DNA from: Chiloscyllium plagiosum
Lineage: Eukaryota
Direction of reading: 5' to 3'
Length of the DNA stretch: 64,000 nucleotides
NCBI RefSeq assembly: GCF_004010195.1
Contig: NC_057753.1
Span: 13,802,485 to 13,866,484 of the forward strand
The notes beneath the pieces were generated by a model. It did not search any database and had not been told where the DNA came from. It saw only the letters and a list, made by a program, of their open reading frames with translations. This document shows, one piece after another, positions 26,201 to 39,351 of the stretch (its first letter is position 1; every line of letters begins with the position of its first letter). The position numbers and the translations under genes were made by a program.

Positions 26201-27978
26201 AATCAACTTGAACCTTCAAACAACTCAGGACTGGCTTGAAAAAAAAAGATGATTCAATCCACCATGAAAGACAGCAAACAGTTTTGATTCTTTTTCATCA
26301 AAGGAGAGATATATTTACATTTGAAGCTATCCAGAGAAAGTTACTGAGGTTGATGTAAGGTTTGGGGTGACTCTCATATGAGGAGACGTCATATAGATCA
26401 AATCTCTGCTCATTGCTTTCAAAGAATGAGAAGGGACCTTACTGAAATGCAAAAGATGCATATGTAAGAAATATATATGAATAACATAACCTATACTTTG
26501 ACAGGATAGGATGTTTCCTCTTGTCGGATAGGCTTGGACAAGAGTGCTAATAAACACAGAACAAGTAGTCGGTAGTTTGTCACAGAAATGGTGTGGAATT
26601 TCTTTCCTTATCGGATAGATAATGCGACATGGGGACAACCTGTCTGCTAATTTAAATCTAAAACACAAAGAAGTTCACCTGGCGGCGTAATCTGTTAAAT
26701 TTTGATAGGCAAAGAACAATCCCAGATTTGACTATTAAATGTAAAAAATAACAGTTTTATTCTGTAAGTCCAACAGAGGCCATTAAAACCACTATTTACA
26801 AATCATTTCTCTTAAACCGATATTTATATCCCACTGTACAATACTAGACTAACAAATTTCCTCTTAACTTTACAGCAAAAACAATTTCAAATCCAGGTAT
26901 AGTCTTCGGATGTCGAACTTTCTCTGTAGATTCCTCGATGTTAACTTTGGTGTTCTGCTGCACATATTTCTTACCGACAGTTACCTTGCAGAGTGCTGTT
27001 TGGCTATCTGTCTAAATCTGCTGGTTTTCTTGGCACTTCTCCCCAAATTGTTCACAATGTTCGGTTTAATACCCCAAAATATCGACCATTTCATTTGTTT
27101 CATGTTATCAAAACACAACGTCGAAATTTGATTGGATTTTATTACCTGGGGAATAATTTAACCTGATTGGAAGAACTTGAGTTTGTTTTTGTTCCATGGT
27201 CGTGCAACTCCAGATATTTGTTTCAACCAAGAGTTATATTCTTAACTTCTTCCGTGCTTTCTATGCTTTCAGTCAGTCCTTGCTAGCTGCCACTCTATCT
27301 TAAAGGTACACTACACACCTACACCTTCATAATTGGTGTTAAAAACGTAATCTAATCTAATCTAATCTAATACTTATGTTCAGGGCTGAGATAGACAATT
27401 TCCAATCAGTAACAGAATTACACATTATGTGAAGAAGGCAGGATATGGGATTTTAGAATTATCAGATCGGCCATAATGGAATTGAATTGCAGAGGAGACG
27501 TGTTATGCTGAATGACCCTACTGTAGAGATGCTTCTGATCTCAATAATTAATAGGCTATGGTCGTTAACAGAAAGATCTACACCATGGTGAGATATGAAG
27601 ATACTCATCGGCTGTGACTGTCTCCACTATTGAATATCCAGACATATACTTATGAAACAACCATAGTGCTGCAGTTTTTAATTATTACTCAATGCAATGT
27701 GGAAGCAAGACCTCAAGCTTGATTCTTTACAGCTATTTCAACAGATTTAGATAAACAACCAATAGTCGTTGATTCACAGTTTCCAATCACCCAAACTGTT
27801 CTCTTTGACATTGGTTGATATTAATGAGGTCCTACATGAATGCTAGATAGAATTGGGCAGGTCATAAAAGCTGAGAAAAATGTTGCAGAACTACGACAGT
27901 GAATATCAAATTACCTCAAAATTAAATGGGCATAAAGGCATACTGCCATCAAAACTTAATCGTGCGATCTGCTGCATA

Positions 27979-28486
27979 TATTTTTCAATTGTGTGGAGGC
28001 AAATGCTCAGGCCTGTGAAACATTTATACGTGCAGCTCGCTCCATCGTAGTAGGTGGCGGTGTCTTCAACTTTTATATCTCAAATTACACTGCTACACTG
28101 GACTGGTCACTGTTTGGCTGAAGAAATATTCACTTTGAGAGTAATAAAATGTAGTGCCAGAGAGAATACAGGTGAGAGCGAGAGATTGACCTTCCTTCCT
28201 GTTAACTACTGCCTGGCCCTTTGTCACTGACGAGCCAAAGGAATCTGGAAATTCAACAGAGAGAGGAGGGAAGGGGAGAGAGATAGAGAGAGATAGAAGG
28301 GATATATATATATCCCAGTGACACAGAGCCAGGCAGCAGTTAACAGGAAGGAAGGTCAATCTCTTTCTCTCTCTCTCTGTTTGTCTCTTGACAGACATAG
28401 AGAGAGACAGAGAGAGAGAGAGAGAGCGCGTATTGGTTACCATGAAGACATGAACTGAACAGCATGGCTAAATTAAAAAAAAACAT
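27979..28486 (-). pseudogene. IgNAR-like (NAR-TCR) V pseudogene: leader 28486-28441, V exon from 28244
   Basis: Leader MFFFNLAMLFSSCLH+G|gtaacc; acceptor ttccag|AT. DSFGSSVTKGQAVVNRKEGQSLALTCILSGTTFYYSQSEYFFSQT...(internal deletion)...DIKVEDTATYYD, with YFF where WY is usual. Decayed 23-RSS: CACAGGC (28017-28011), 23 nt, TGAAAAATA. Confidence 0.7.
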
Positions 28487-28675
28487 GGGACTGATTAGAA
28501 TCGGGCTATTTCGCATTAAATTCAGACAGTTTCAGCACATTTGTCCAAACTCATACTATAAACTGACAGCAACGATAAAAAGAAGGAGGATTCCCAACTT
28601 GTTGTTTGGTTATGAGCGTTCATGGGATGGCGATTTGAAGATTTCCAGATCTGAACCTTTCAGCGAGCATCTTTA

Positions 28676-28800
28676 CTGATGAAGGGCTTTTGCCCCAAAC
28701 GTCGGTTCTCCTGCTCCTCAGAAGCTGCCTGTCGTGCTGTGCTTTTCCAGCACCACGGTTCGACTCTGATCTCCAGCATCTGCAGTCCTCCCTTTCACCT
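28676..28800 (+). mobile_element. Penelope-type terminal repeat fragment
   Basis: CTGATGAAGGGCTTTTGCCCCAAACGTCG...CTTTTCCAGCA, similar to the arms of 29374-29930. Confidence 0.65.
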
Positions 28801-29373
28801 GGTGTTAACTTCAGGGCCAGACTGAAATATTTCAGAGGTTCTCAAGTTCATTTGACCTCGGCAGTGTCCCACTGTTAATTTATGAGCTGCACACAGCCTT
28901 ACTTTAGTTGTATATTCCCTGAATAAAGGGGAGGAAAAAGAAGGAGCTGCCATTTGATAGGTTCAGTGAGATTGGAGTCAAAATCGCTCCAATTTTTAAA
29001 CATTTGACATCCAGGACAGGGGATTGGTTGGAGGCGTGCCCAGTTTGCAGTTGTAGCTGCTGTCATTATAAGTAAAACATTTAATTAGAAAGTCAGCCAA
29101 TGTGCTTCTATTGAGTATCATGTAACACGGGCCCACAACACCACTAGAATCACTCACCCACAACTGCCCACTCGGTGTCCCGCCCCTTGTTCTTCTTCAA
29201 ATAATGCTGGAAGTTTCTTAACATCTGCTTGAACGAGTTGACAGGACGCAAATTCAGCGTTTGTTCAGAAAGAAGTTGCCTCTGGGTGACAGCGTTTCTC
29301 AGTACAGCACATGACAATGTGATTTCAATTTAAGACAGCGGACTGTCGACTTCGAAGCGCATGCATACAATAA

Positions 29374-29930
29374 GAGAAAGTGAGGACTGCAGATGCTGGG
29401 GATCAGAGCTTAAAAATGTGTTGCTGGAAAAGCGCAGCAGGTCAAGCAGCATGAAAGAAGAAGGAGAATCGACGTTTCGGGCATATGCCCTTCTTCAGGA
29501 ATGAGGAGGCTGTGCCAAGCAGGCTAAGATAAAAGGTAGGGAGGAGGGACTTGGGGGAGGGGCGTTGGGAATGCGATAGGTGGAAGGAGGTTAAGGTGAG
29601 GGTGATAGGCCGGAGAGGGGGTGGGGGCGGAGAGGTCGGGAAGAAGATTGCAGGTCAAGAAGGCAGTGCTGAGTCTGAGGGTTGGGACTGAGAAAAGGTA
29701 GGGGGAGGGGAAATGAGGAAGTCTAGGAACCATCCAACCACAAGGGATAAATGCAGATTTCTCCAGCTTCCTCATTTCGCCTTTTCTCAGTCCCAACCCT
29801 CAGACCCTTATCTTAGCCTGCTTGGCACACCCTCCTCATTCCTGAAGAAGGGCTTATGCCCGAAACGTCGATTCTCCTTCTCCTTTGATGCTGCATGACC
29901 TGCTGCGCTTTTCCAGCAACACATTTTTAA
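29374..29930. mobile_element. Fold-back (palindromic) non-autonomous Penelope-derived element
   Basis: 29411-29530 is an inverted repeat of 29808-29930. Inner arms at ~29673-29720 and ~29768-29806. Confidence 0.75.
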
Positions 29931-30659
29931 ACATACATACAATACCCTCGAAGGCTTTATTCTCCCCTCTGATGGAAATGAACCATTCGACACTTTGCAT
30001 TTTAAACTACATTAACTTCAACTATGATAACATTTTGCATTGGAATATTGGACGTCCGTCGTGCATGTTAAGTTTAGCTGAAAAAATTAAGAGATCTACA
30101 GTATCCACACAACCAATAATTTTCAAGTAATGCTCCCCTCTCAGGTACCCTTCTATTTAAGCTCATAGTGAGGTCAGCTATTTCTGCGTGATATTTGTTT
30201 TGAAAAATACATGAAATGAAAGTAATTGGCATGAAAACGCTCAGTACCAAGCAAAATGCAAAAGTAAATATAATACTTAAATGCACTAAATAATTGAGGA
30301 GTAACAGGAATGAGGAGCAGGTCTCATTTTAGGTTACGTAAAGGAACTCAGTGTAGTATATGCCACCGGGTACATAACATGATGAGTACAGAAATGTCTT
30401 TGCCTGTTGGGTCGGGGTATCCACAGAGTGTGAGGCTAGAAAGCTAGTGCATAACAGAATCATTTGTAGCATCGATGTTTCGAATAGATGCCATGAAACC
30501 ATGAGTTAATCTGTTTGTTCAATGACCTGCATCAAAGGTTCGGATGATGCCTCAATTGTGCCTCTGGAGAATCTCACATGAAATAAATGAAGGAGGATTT
30601 GAGAGGTTCTCTGAGTTAATTCCTAAAGTATCAGTAATTCCCTTATTTTCATAAAGACA

Positions 30660-32467
30660 ATGCATGGCCCAGCGAATGGCCCAGTTTTTGCCGTTTGCTA
30701 TCCCATTCTCGCTTCTATTGGTGTTCCTGGTAAGTCATGACCAAAGTAAGTTCTATCGCTTTTCTTAACATCCAGATTATTTGGACATTCTTTTGCAGAA
30801 TGGGCTGAATATTGTGAATAATCAGAGCTATACGAGCATTATGAACTTTTACCGTGTTACCATTTCTTGAAACAGACAATAGCACATTACGCATTACTTG
30901 ATGTACGAAAGTGCAACCTTTGCACTTGCATCATGGAGTATTAATGCATGTTAGAAACTTATCATTCTGTATATTTCTTACTTTGCTGAAGTACATATTG
31001 TAATATAATACATTGCATAAATTTTAATTTGTAATATTACTGAACATTAAGCTTTACTCTAATTTCTTGAAATGTTCTTTTGTTTTTGTACTGTTTATCA
31101 TTACGACGTATCATAATGTGGTAAAATTGCATTTTCAATCACTGCTTTTGTCGTCATTTTGTAAAATGAATTTTTTGCATAATCATCATAATAGATGCAT
31201 TGTAGTATAAAAATACAGTAGTTATTACAGAAATCTCGAATGACACATTTAGATGGATGCAATTGTCGCAGGAGATCAAATTCCCACTGACCAGTCCTTG
31301 TTGTTAATGCAATCTTCAGAGATAATTGCGGCACATTTGAACAAATCGAACGAAGGTGCAATACTTTAAGTCAATTATGCTTGATGTTCTGTGATGGTAC
31401 GTCTTTTACAGCTGGACTTTACATTTGCTGATTGCAGTTCTTAATGTTGAGTGGTATGTGATTGTCGCTGACAACTCAATGTTCTTTTGTTCATTCCTCG
31501 TTAGAACTTGTAAAGGTTCAAGGCACATTTGATTCCTCAAATGGTTTATTATATATGGTCAGACTTATATATGGTTTGATGACAGATTTAACAAGACATT
31601 TTGATACCAACCGAAAGAAGGAGGTATAAGGGCAGGTGAGCAAAGGTTTGAACAAGGAGCTCGGTCAGAAAGAACGTGGTGAATACATATGGAGAAATGA
31701 AGCCATTATGGACAGAATACCTTCAGGTATTAAAGAGCAGCTAAAGGGAAACAGAAAAAAAATGTTGATAGAATGATTCATGTGAGGGCTATACGAAAGT
31801 CCATGATTGGATGTTCACTCTGATCCCAGACGTTTGTACAGTTGCTGAAACTATGGAGCTATTTGAATCATTGTAAGAATAAGAGTTATTTAAACTGAAA
31901 TATTTCTGTAACTGGAGACGAGGTGGGCAAACTGTTCGAGGATGAAGTAGATAAATAAAGAGAAATGCTTTGGTTGATAATAAGCTGGATAGATTGACTC
32001 AGTGACCAGAGTTGTGGACCAGGTCAAACTCCTTCAAATTATTTTAAGGAAAAAGGACTGGAACCTAACTTTTTATTTATTTAAAGGAAAGTGTAGGACG
32101 TCGTGTTTCAGATGTCTTTCGATTGCTCCAACACTAGGCTTGAGCAAAACACACTTTATTCTTAATACATACCAAAAGTGAAACAAGAAAGTGAGGATTG
32201 TCACAGCTTTAACTCTAAGGGCAAACTTAATGAAATAATTTATTATTTAATTTTTAATCGTCAACTGGTCAAGTCCAGCAGTATGCCATAAAGACAAACG
32301 AGGCAAAGGCAAATGCAGCAGAACAAACTTTCCTCACGTGCTATCTCCAGTACAGGAGAAAGGAGCACTGAAATAACTAATCCTGCAGAGAAAAGAGAGG
32401 GCTTGAAAGAGAGCAAAAGAGAGAAATAGAGCGATGAAGCCTTTCGCTACAGTTGACAGCGAGGTGC

Positions 32468-32498
<31 letters not shown>

Positions 32499-34256
32499 AC
32501 TGTATGCGTCAGCTTCAACAACCAACTCCAAACCCCAACTGAAAGCAAAACTGAAATTCTAGGTCTCCGTGAGTCTGACTTCAGCCACTCATGATTCTTT
32601 CACGTAATTTAACAAACGCAGTCAAGAAAATCGAAGTTATTTGCCCACTATTTCTCAACCAGCCACATTGCACTATTGTAACAACACCAGCCGCTAAAGA
32701 GAAGTAGATCTGAACAAGTCTCCCTTCAAGAAAGCATGGTGGCTCAATAGTTAGTACTGCTACCTGGCAGATCCAGGTACCCAGGTTCAAACGCACTCTT
32801 GGGTGAATGTCTGTGTGTAGTTTGTACATTCTCCCAATATCTACATGGTTTACTCCAGTGCTCTGGTTTTCCTCCCACCAGTCAAGGATGTGAAGGTTCA
32901 CGATAGATTGGCGATGCTAAATTGCTTGTAACGTACAGGGATGTGTAGCTGAGATGGATAAACCATTGGAAATGCAGGGTTAGAAAGATAGGTTTGGGTG
33001 GTGTGACATGTAGGTATATTCTGTGGAGGTTTGGTGTGGACTTGGTGCGCCAAATGATCTGTTGGACTGCTTTTACACAGTCGGGCTTGTACGATGGCAA
33101 GCTACCATCACACTGGAGAGTAGATTTGAGAAGAGGGATTGAATGAATAAGCTTTGGTATTGGCAAATGCAAAAACCACCATTAGATATCAAATGAATAA
33201 CCAAGGGATTTATGACAGCCAGTGTGTCGATGGCAAACGAACAAGATTAAGGGTCTTCCAAAACGAAATGAAGAAAACTGCAGTTGCGGTTTGGAATCAT
33301 TTATTTCCCATGCCTCCCTTCTTCCATTCACAGCGAATTTTGTGGCGATCATAATCCTCACCCGAGGTCGCTGCGGTCTCTCCCGGTGCATTACCTACTA
33401 CCTTGTGGCAATTGCGGCAACTGATTTGCTTATCATCATCACTGTTGTCATCCTAAACCGGATTGGAAGCATATATTTCCGGAACAGTGTACTCTCCACA
33501 ACTCCTTTTTGCAGGCCCAGCGCTGTGCTGGCCTATGCAACAAGAGATGGCTCAGTCTGGCTGACTGTTGCCTTTACCATTGACCGTTCTGTAGCCATCT
33601 GCTGCCCAAGACTCAAGACCAGATACTGCAATCAGAAAACTGCGTTGCTAGTTATTGGAATACTCTGCTTCCTGAGCTGGATCAAGAATGTCCCGTTCTA
33701 CTTCGTCTTCAAGCCTTTGTACATGGTGAACAAAGTGCCTTGGTTCTGTGTGATCAAGTCAAATTTCTACACTTCTCTCAGTTGGCAGGTGTATGACTGG
33801 CTGGATCACATTCTTGCCCCGCTTTTGCCTTTCTTCCTCATCCTTCTGCTCAATGTCCTGACCGTTAAACACATTTTGGCGGCCAGCAGAGCCCGCCGGA
33901 GGCTCTGGGGTGCTGAGAATCGTGAAGATCAGGAGGTGGCTAACCGCAAGAGATCCATTGTTCTTCTCTTCGCAATATAACTCAGCTTCCTCCTTTTGTG
34001 GGCCACCTATATTGTGTATTTCCTCTACGGTCAAGTGACAGGTCATGGCTATGTCACCAGCGTGGATTTCAATGATCCTCAGTATATTTTTCAAGAAACA
34101 ACAAACATGCTGCAGTTGTTGAGTTCCTGCAATAATGTCTTCATCTATGCAATAGCCCAGAAAAAGTTTAGAGAGGAGGTGAAGAAGGTTCTGATTTGGC
34201 CACTGACTACGATCACTCAATTCTTTCAACAGTACATCAAACTGCATAATCGTTAA
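30660..34256 (+). pseudogene. GPR139-like GPCR with one in-frame nonsense codon; exon 1 30660-30729, exon 2 33334-34256
   Basis: Exon 1 MHGPANGPVFAVCYPILASIGVP+G|gtaagt; acceptor cacag|CG. Colinear with the 4541-5897 protein. TAA at 33978-33980 where the paralogue has Ser (FAISLSF); the frame continues unchanged to 34256. Confidence 0.92.
32735..33085 (+). mobile_element. Old HE1-like SINE in the GPCR intron
   Basis: GGTGGCTCAATAGTTAGTACTGCT...GGTTCAAA...CTGGTTTTCCTCCCACCAGTCAAGGATGTG. Confidence 0.75.
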
Positions 34257-34443
34257 TTCAGATTGGTAGAATGCAGGATTTGCTCTCCAGAATCAGAAAT
34301 ATCGAGTTCATTGTTTGTGTCAACTCTTTAATGTGAATTGTGATATCCCAAAATAGTTGTTTCGGAAAACTACATGAAGATATATCTTGAACTTCTTGAC
34401 TGATATTTGCCTCTTTTAATACCATTCAAAATCTTTCTTGTTT

Positions 34444-34682
34444 NNNNNNNNNNNNNNNNNNNNNNNNNNNNNNNNNNNNNNNNNNNNNNNNNNNNNNNNN
34501 NNNNNNNNNNNNNNNNNNNNNNNNNNNNNNNNNNNNNNNNNNNNNNNNNNNNNNNNNNNNNNNNNNNNNNNNNNNNNNNNNNNNNNNNNNNNNNNNNNNN
34601 NNNNNNNNNNNNNNNNNNNNNNNNNNNNNNNNNNNNNNNNNNNNNNNNNNNNNNNNNNNNNNNNNNNNNNNNNNNNNNNNNN
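34444..34682. other. Assembly gap
   Basis: Run of N. Confidence 1.
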
Positions 34683-37600
34683 AAAGGCCTGCCACACACG
34701 CCGAGATTAACACTCCTCCTTCCCAATGGTATGGTTATGAATAGCATTATTGGCGATCACCTGCAGGCCCAACCTTCCAAAACTGTAGGTTAATTGCTTT
34801 ATTAATAATTGCTGCTAAATTACATGTACAGTGGAAAATCCAAATCCAATTCTGGCTTCTTAATAGCATATATCTGCTGTTCATTTCGCATAAAGATGTA
34901 TGTGATATAAGATTGAAATAAAGAATTGAAAAGATGTGGTCTTTTGTGATAGTAAGAGCTATATGGCATTACCTCCTGTGGTCAAAACAAGCAAACTATC
35001 AGGTGCTCTATGAGCAGAGCTCATATATATTAACAGTTCGTCACGAAACAAAATCTCATTTCATGCTAACTGGTGCAGTTTGATGAAGTGGACACTGTGT
35101 CATTTGAATTCATATTATAGTCAGGACCTGATTCTAATAAAGGTACGCATACCTTAAATTGTTGATGAATGAAACAGACGTTGCTAATATAGAAAACAAT
35201 TAATCTGGATGTTATGTTTGATTAAATATTAATGGCACATCGGGAAAACCCAGTTATAAATTGGGTTTTTACTGTGATATGCTCTCTCTCTCTCACTCTC
35301 TGCCCCATCTTGCATTGATAATCTTCGGCATCCAATACCTTGCCCATGAATTCAGATTGTCATGTAAGTCTTCCTGCTGCATCTCCATCTGAATTATGGT
35401 GCATTCAACAATACACTCGCCTGTTTACATGTCTGTTTTTGATTGCCATAATGAATGCAAAATAAATGAATGCAAAACCTTAAACATCTAGCTTACCTTC
35501 CGCAAATTTAAAGATCTGTGCTTCCAAATAATTATGAAAACATTAATACATTAAAAAAGTTTGATGCCGGATCCACCAGGAGTCACATGGCACTCTGCAG
35601 AAAGACAAGAGTTCACTTTTTCATTTCGCATCTGGTCAGAGCGTCCCTCGTCATTGTTCTGGCCTTATATCATTAAAATGCATTTATTTCAATAAATTTA
35701 TGCAGTGTTCTTTTTATATGGGATTGTTTCATTCAGGCGACTGGTTGGCTTATTTGCATTGCAAATTGATGACAGCAGTGTGAGTTCAGTTCATCGACCA
35801 GCAGATGTTATCAAGAATGGTTTTCCTTCTCAACCCCGAACCTCACTTGAGAGATGATGATCCTCATGTCAAACCTCCACCAGGCGTCTCTCTCTCTCTC
35901 TCACTCTCTCTCTCGCTCTCTCTCACTCATGAAAACTCCTTTTAGCCCAAGGAATATAAGCTGTTTAGAAAAACTAAGTTTTCTAATCCAATTTCCCAGC
36001 ACGTGTATTTTTTGGTGTCTCAAGGGGACTTCTAATTAATTCTTGGATGTCATGTGGGTGCCTGTCTTTACTTCAATTACAAGCAGTGAATTTTATACAC
36101 TCAACCATCCTATTGATGAAAATATTTCCTCACGTTCCTCTAAACCAGCTACGTTTCACCTTCGATTTATGACCAATGGCCATTGATCCTTCCATGAAAT
36201 TGAAAGTTTGTTTCAACACAGCCGATCTTTGTCTTTCATAAGTTTACCTTGACTCAGAAAGGTATGCATCCCGTCTGCATTCTTAGCCATTCTCTCTTCC
36301 AGTGCTGCTACCTGTAAGTCCCAGTGCACATGCACACTGAGTAACCTCTGATCCACGGTGCTTCTACGGATATTATCATTTGCTATTCATCCCCTGGCCT
36401 TGGTTTTCGTACCAAACAGCAGAACCTCACACTGATCCAAACTGACTGCCATTTGTTGTTGAACAGACCCTCTGACGACACGACTGCAAGGTGTTTTTCC
36501 TTCAATGATGCAAAACATTAATGAGACCACAGCTGAAGCATTTTGTACTTGGTCCTGGCCTGAAGAGTGATGCGTTTTCATTGTAGGTAATTCATTGCCA
36601 TTCCAAGACGGTTGTTCATCAGACGGTGGTGGTGAAGATGGCGTTCCTAAACCACTGCAATGCATGGACTGTAGGTAGAGCAACAATGCCATTAGCGAGG
36701 GAATTCCAAAGTTTTCACCAAGCAACAGTAAAGGAACAGCAATATATTTCCAATTCAAGATGCTGAGTGACTCAGAGGGAACCTGGTGGGTGTTGGTCAT
36801 ACGATGTGTCTGCTGCCCTTCCCCTTCTGAATGGAAGTGGTCGTGGGTTTGGGAGTTGCTGTCTAACAATATGGCTAAGGCAAATTTCTACAATGCACGT
36901 AGAAATAATGTACACAATGTACAAATAATGTACATAATTTCAAATCAGCGTCAGCTGTTAATGGAGTGGATACTTGCAGGTGTCGGAACAATCAAAGGGG
37001 ATCCTTTGTTGTCGATGGTGTCGACATTCTCGAGTGTTGTTGTGTTGTTGGAGCTGCAATCATCCAGGTAAATGGGAATATTCTGTTACATTTCAGAAGG
37101 CATTTTCTTCCGTAGACAATCGAGTAACGATTTCAAACTGTGCAATTCTGTGCTGGAAACGAGTGAAATACTCGTATAAGAAATGCCAGGGGTTTCTTGA
37201 TGACAGCGACTGCCCATTGATGTCTGATTATAACAGCGTGTCACATACTGACACTTCAATACGCATCTATGGCAGAATTGTTGTGCGGGCTGTTCCTGAT
37301 CAGTGAGCAGTGCTGTTAATTACGGATTGTAGCATTTGTACCACAACATTAAATTTTGTACAACAGTGACCCAGATTAAATCTGTTAAAACCCAAAATTC
37401 TGCTGAAAGCTCATGTCGAACTTATTTCTGCTTATTTGTGCTGAGTATATTGTAGATAGTTCAGTGAGTTGTAAAGGACAGAAGTGATTAGATTCGTTTA
37501 TCAGTGAGGCAAGTCTACCATGATTTCATTAACTGGATACGAAGGTTTGAAGGGTCAAAAGACCTTCTCCAGCTTCCATTCCCGATTCATATGGCCAGCA

Positions 37601-37763
37601 CGTTGATGTCTAGAATTGGAGAGCAATGGATCTGTAAGGCGATTGGGAGACTGACGGAAATGAACTAATTAGCATGGAGTCTGGATATGAAACATCCCGG
37701 ATCCTTAGCTGAAGCCATTCAGCTTTGATCCCTTTGTTCAATCCCATCATCCTCTCTGAAAAC

Positions 37764-38290
37764 ATGCTGACTTTTATTATTTGCTCATTCCTCACTGTTG
37801 CAACTCCTTTAAATGATAGGATTGTATATTGTAACATGTTCACGGCTAGGTAACATGGTTCTGGCAATTTTTAGTTTCACTGTGTTTCCTTGTCTTGCAT
37901 ATAAGCTTTAAGTATGTAGCATCGATTATCATCGTCATTTTAATGGCATTTCATTTCTATATTTCTGCAGACATTAGTTGTGCAGATACTATATCACAGG
38001 AGCTTGTTACCGTGACACAGTTTCAAAGAGATGTGGTGACTATTCATTTCAGTTATTTGACAAAAGACACCTTCGAATTGTGCTGCCAGGACCAGCCTAA
38101 ATGAAACAATATTCTTCATTGAAATTCTAAATATGGGAATGTTGTCACAGCAGATTGCAATCGTGCTCAATTCTCTGCATCTATGTATACTTCGAAATAT
38201 GAGGGGCACTTCACCATCAGTGGTCAGTTGCTGCCTGACAACTTGGTGCATTACTGCAAGTTAAGCGATATGATAACGGGAACCAGAGGG
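37764..38290 (+). pseudogene. TCR alpha/delta V pseudogene (leader 37764-37815, V exon from 37971)
   Basis: Leader MLTFIICSFLTVATPLN with donor decayed to AT; acceptor ctgcag|. DISCADTISQELVTVTQFQRDVVTIHFSY...AQFSASMYTSKYEGHFTISGQLLPDNLVHYCKLS, with stops and the first Cys lost. Confidence 0.78.
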
Positions 38291-39312
38291 AGCAGGCAAT
38301 AAAAGCACTCACGTAATGTGACAAAGTTAATCGGATCAAAATCTGGGTTGCAGAATGCAAAGAGATCAGTACGTTCTATACGTTTTCTGGAAATGAACTG
38401 AATTGAGAAATCGCTATATATTTGCTGCATTGGCGAATGGTTCCTCTGCACCACTTACATAGGTTACATTCTGAACTTGTAAATATGTGATTCGTGAATT
38501 TATATCATTTTATATCTCAAAAGATTTGTGTCAGATTAGTCTCCATAAATATCTGACTAGACTCTATTCCAGTCACCTTGAATATTTAAGTGAAACTGGA
38601 AAGAATCACCGGATAGATAAGAGAAAAAATAAAATAATTATTTTTATTTCAATACTTATCCAGCCTACCTGATGACAGCAAATGTCTAAATGTCATTTAA
38701 ATGTTCGACACAAGAAGTACCCGTTTTGTTTTTCTTGAATTATGCTTTCATATTCGCTCAGTTTCCTGACCAAATATTCCAAGGAAACCCCATGGCTGTC
38801 CTTCCATATTATTGCCATCAATATCATTGTGCTTCTCTCATTATATCCTGCAAATATCCCCTTTTACCTTGTTATGTTTTAGATCCTAAATTTTAATATA
38901 TGTATTTTAAGAAGTATTTAATCGGATGTTTTGCAATTATTAAGATTTGTTCTCACGTGGAGGGCTGCTTTCCCTTCCACATTCATCAATTTCACATTGA
39001 AACTAATTTGTTCCATTTTTTCAAAAAGGTCGGCACACAGAAATGGTTAGTGCCAGGCCGGCTGCACAGCTTGTATTCTCAATGAAATTGAGTGAGGTGT
39101 TCTCTGAGATCCCCAAACAAAGAGCAGGGTGTTCGGTGCTCACAGAGTCAATACAATAATCAGAAACAGTATTCACTGTGAAGAACTGTAAATGCTGATG
39201 GTGTGATCTGCACTACAAGACTTTCCCTTCACATGAATATGAAGCATAGGTCTGCGACCTGCTGTTACAAACAGTCCTCAATAACAGCAGCTGTGACCCA
39301 GAAACATGCCGC

Positions 39313-39351
39313 AGTCAGTATACGAGGATTTCACTCCATTCTGTCACTGTG
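39313..39351 (-). other. 23-RSS (CACAGTG - 23 nt - ATACTGACT)
   Basis: Perfect heptamer 39351-39345; non-consensus nonamer 39321-39313. Confidence 0.85.

Noticed and set aside
32013-32716. Possible solo LTR (TGT...ACA) in the GPCR intron
   Set aside because: No convincing target-site duplication and no second copy in the window.
34370-34793. ORFs spanning the N run
   Set aside because: Artefacts of the assembly gap.
34683-35759. Octamer ATGCAAAT + TATA + leader-like exon as an Ig-type V promoter on the minus strand
   Set aside because: Octamers occur elsewhere without context (21721, ~48770), the putative exon has stops, and the downstream exon runs into the gap, so no V can be shown.
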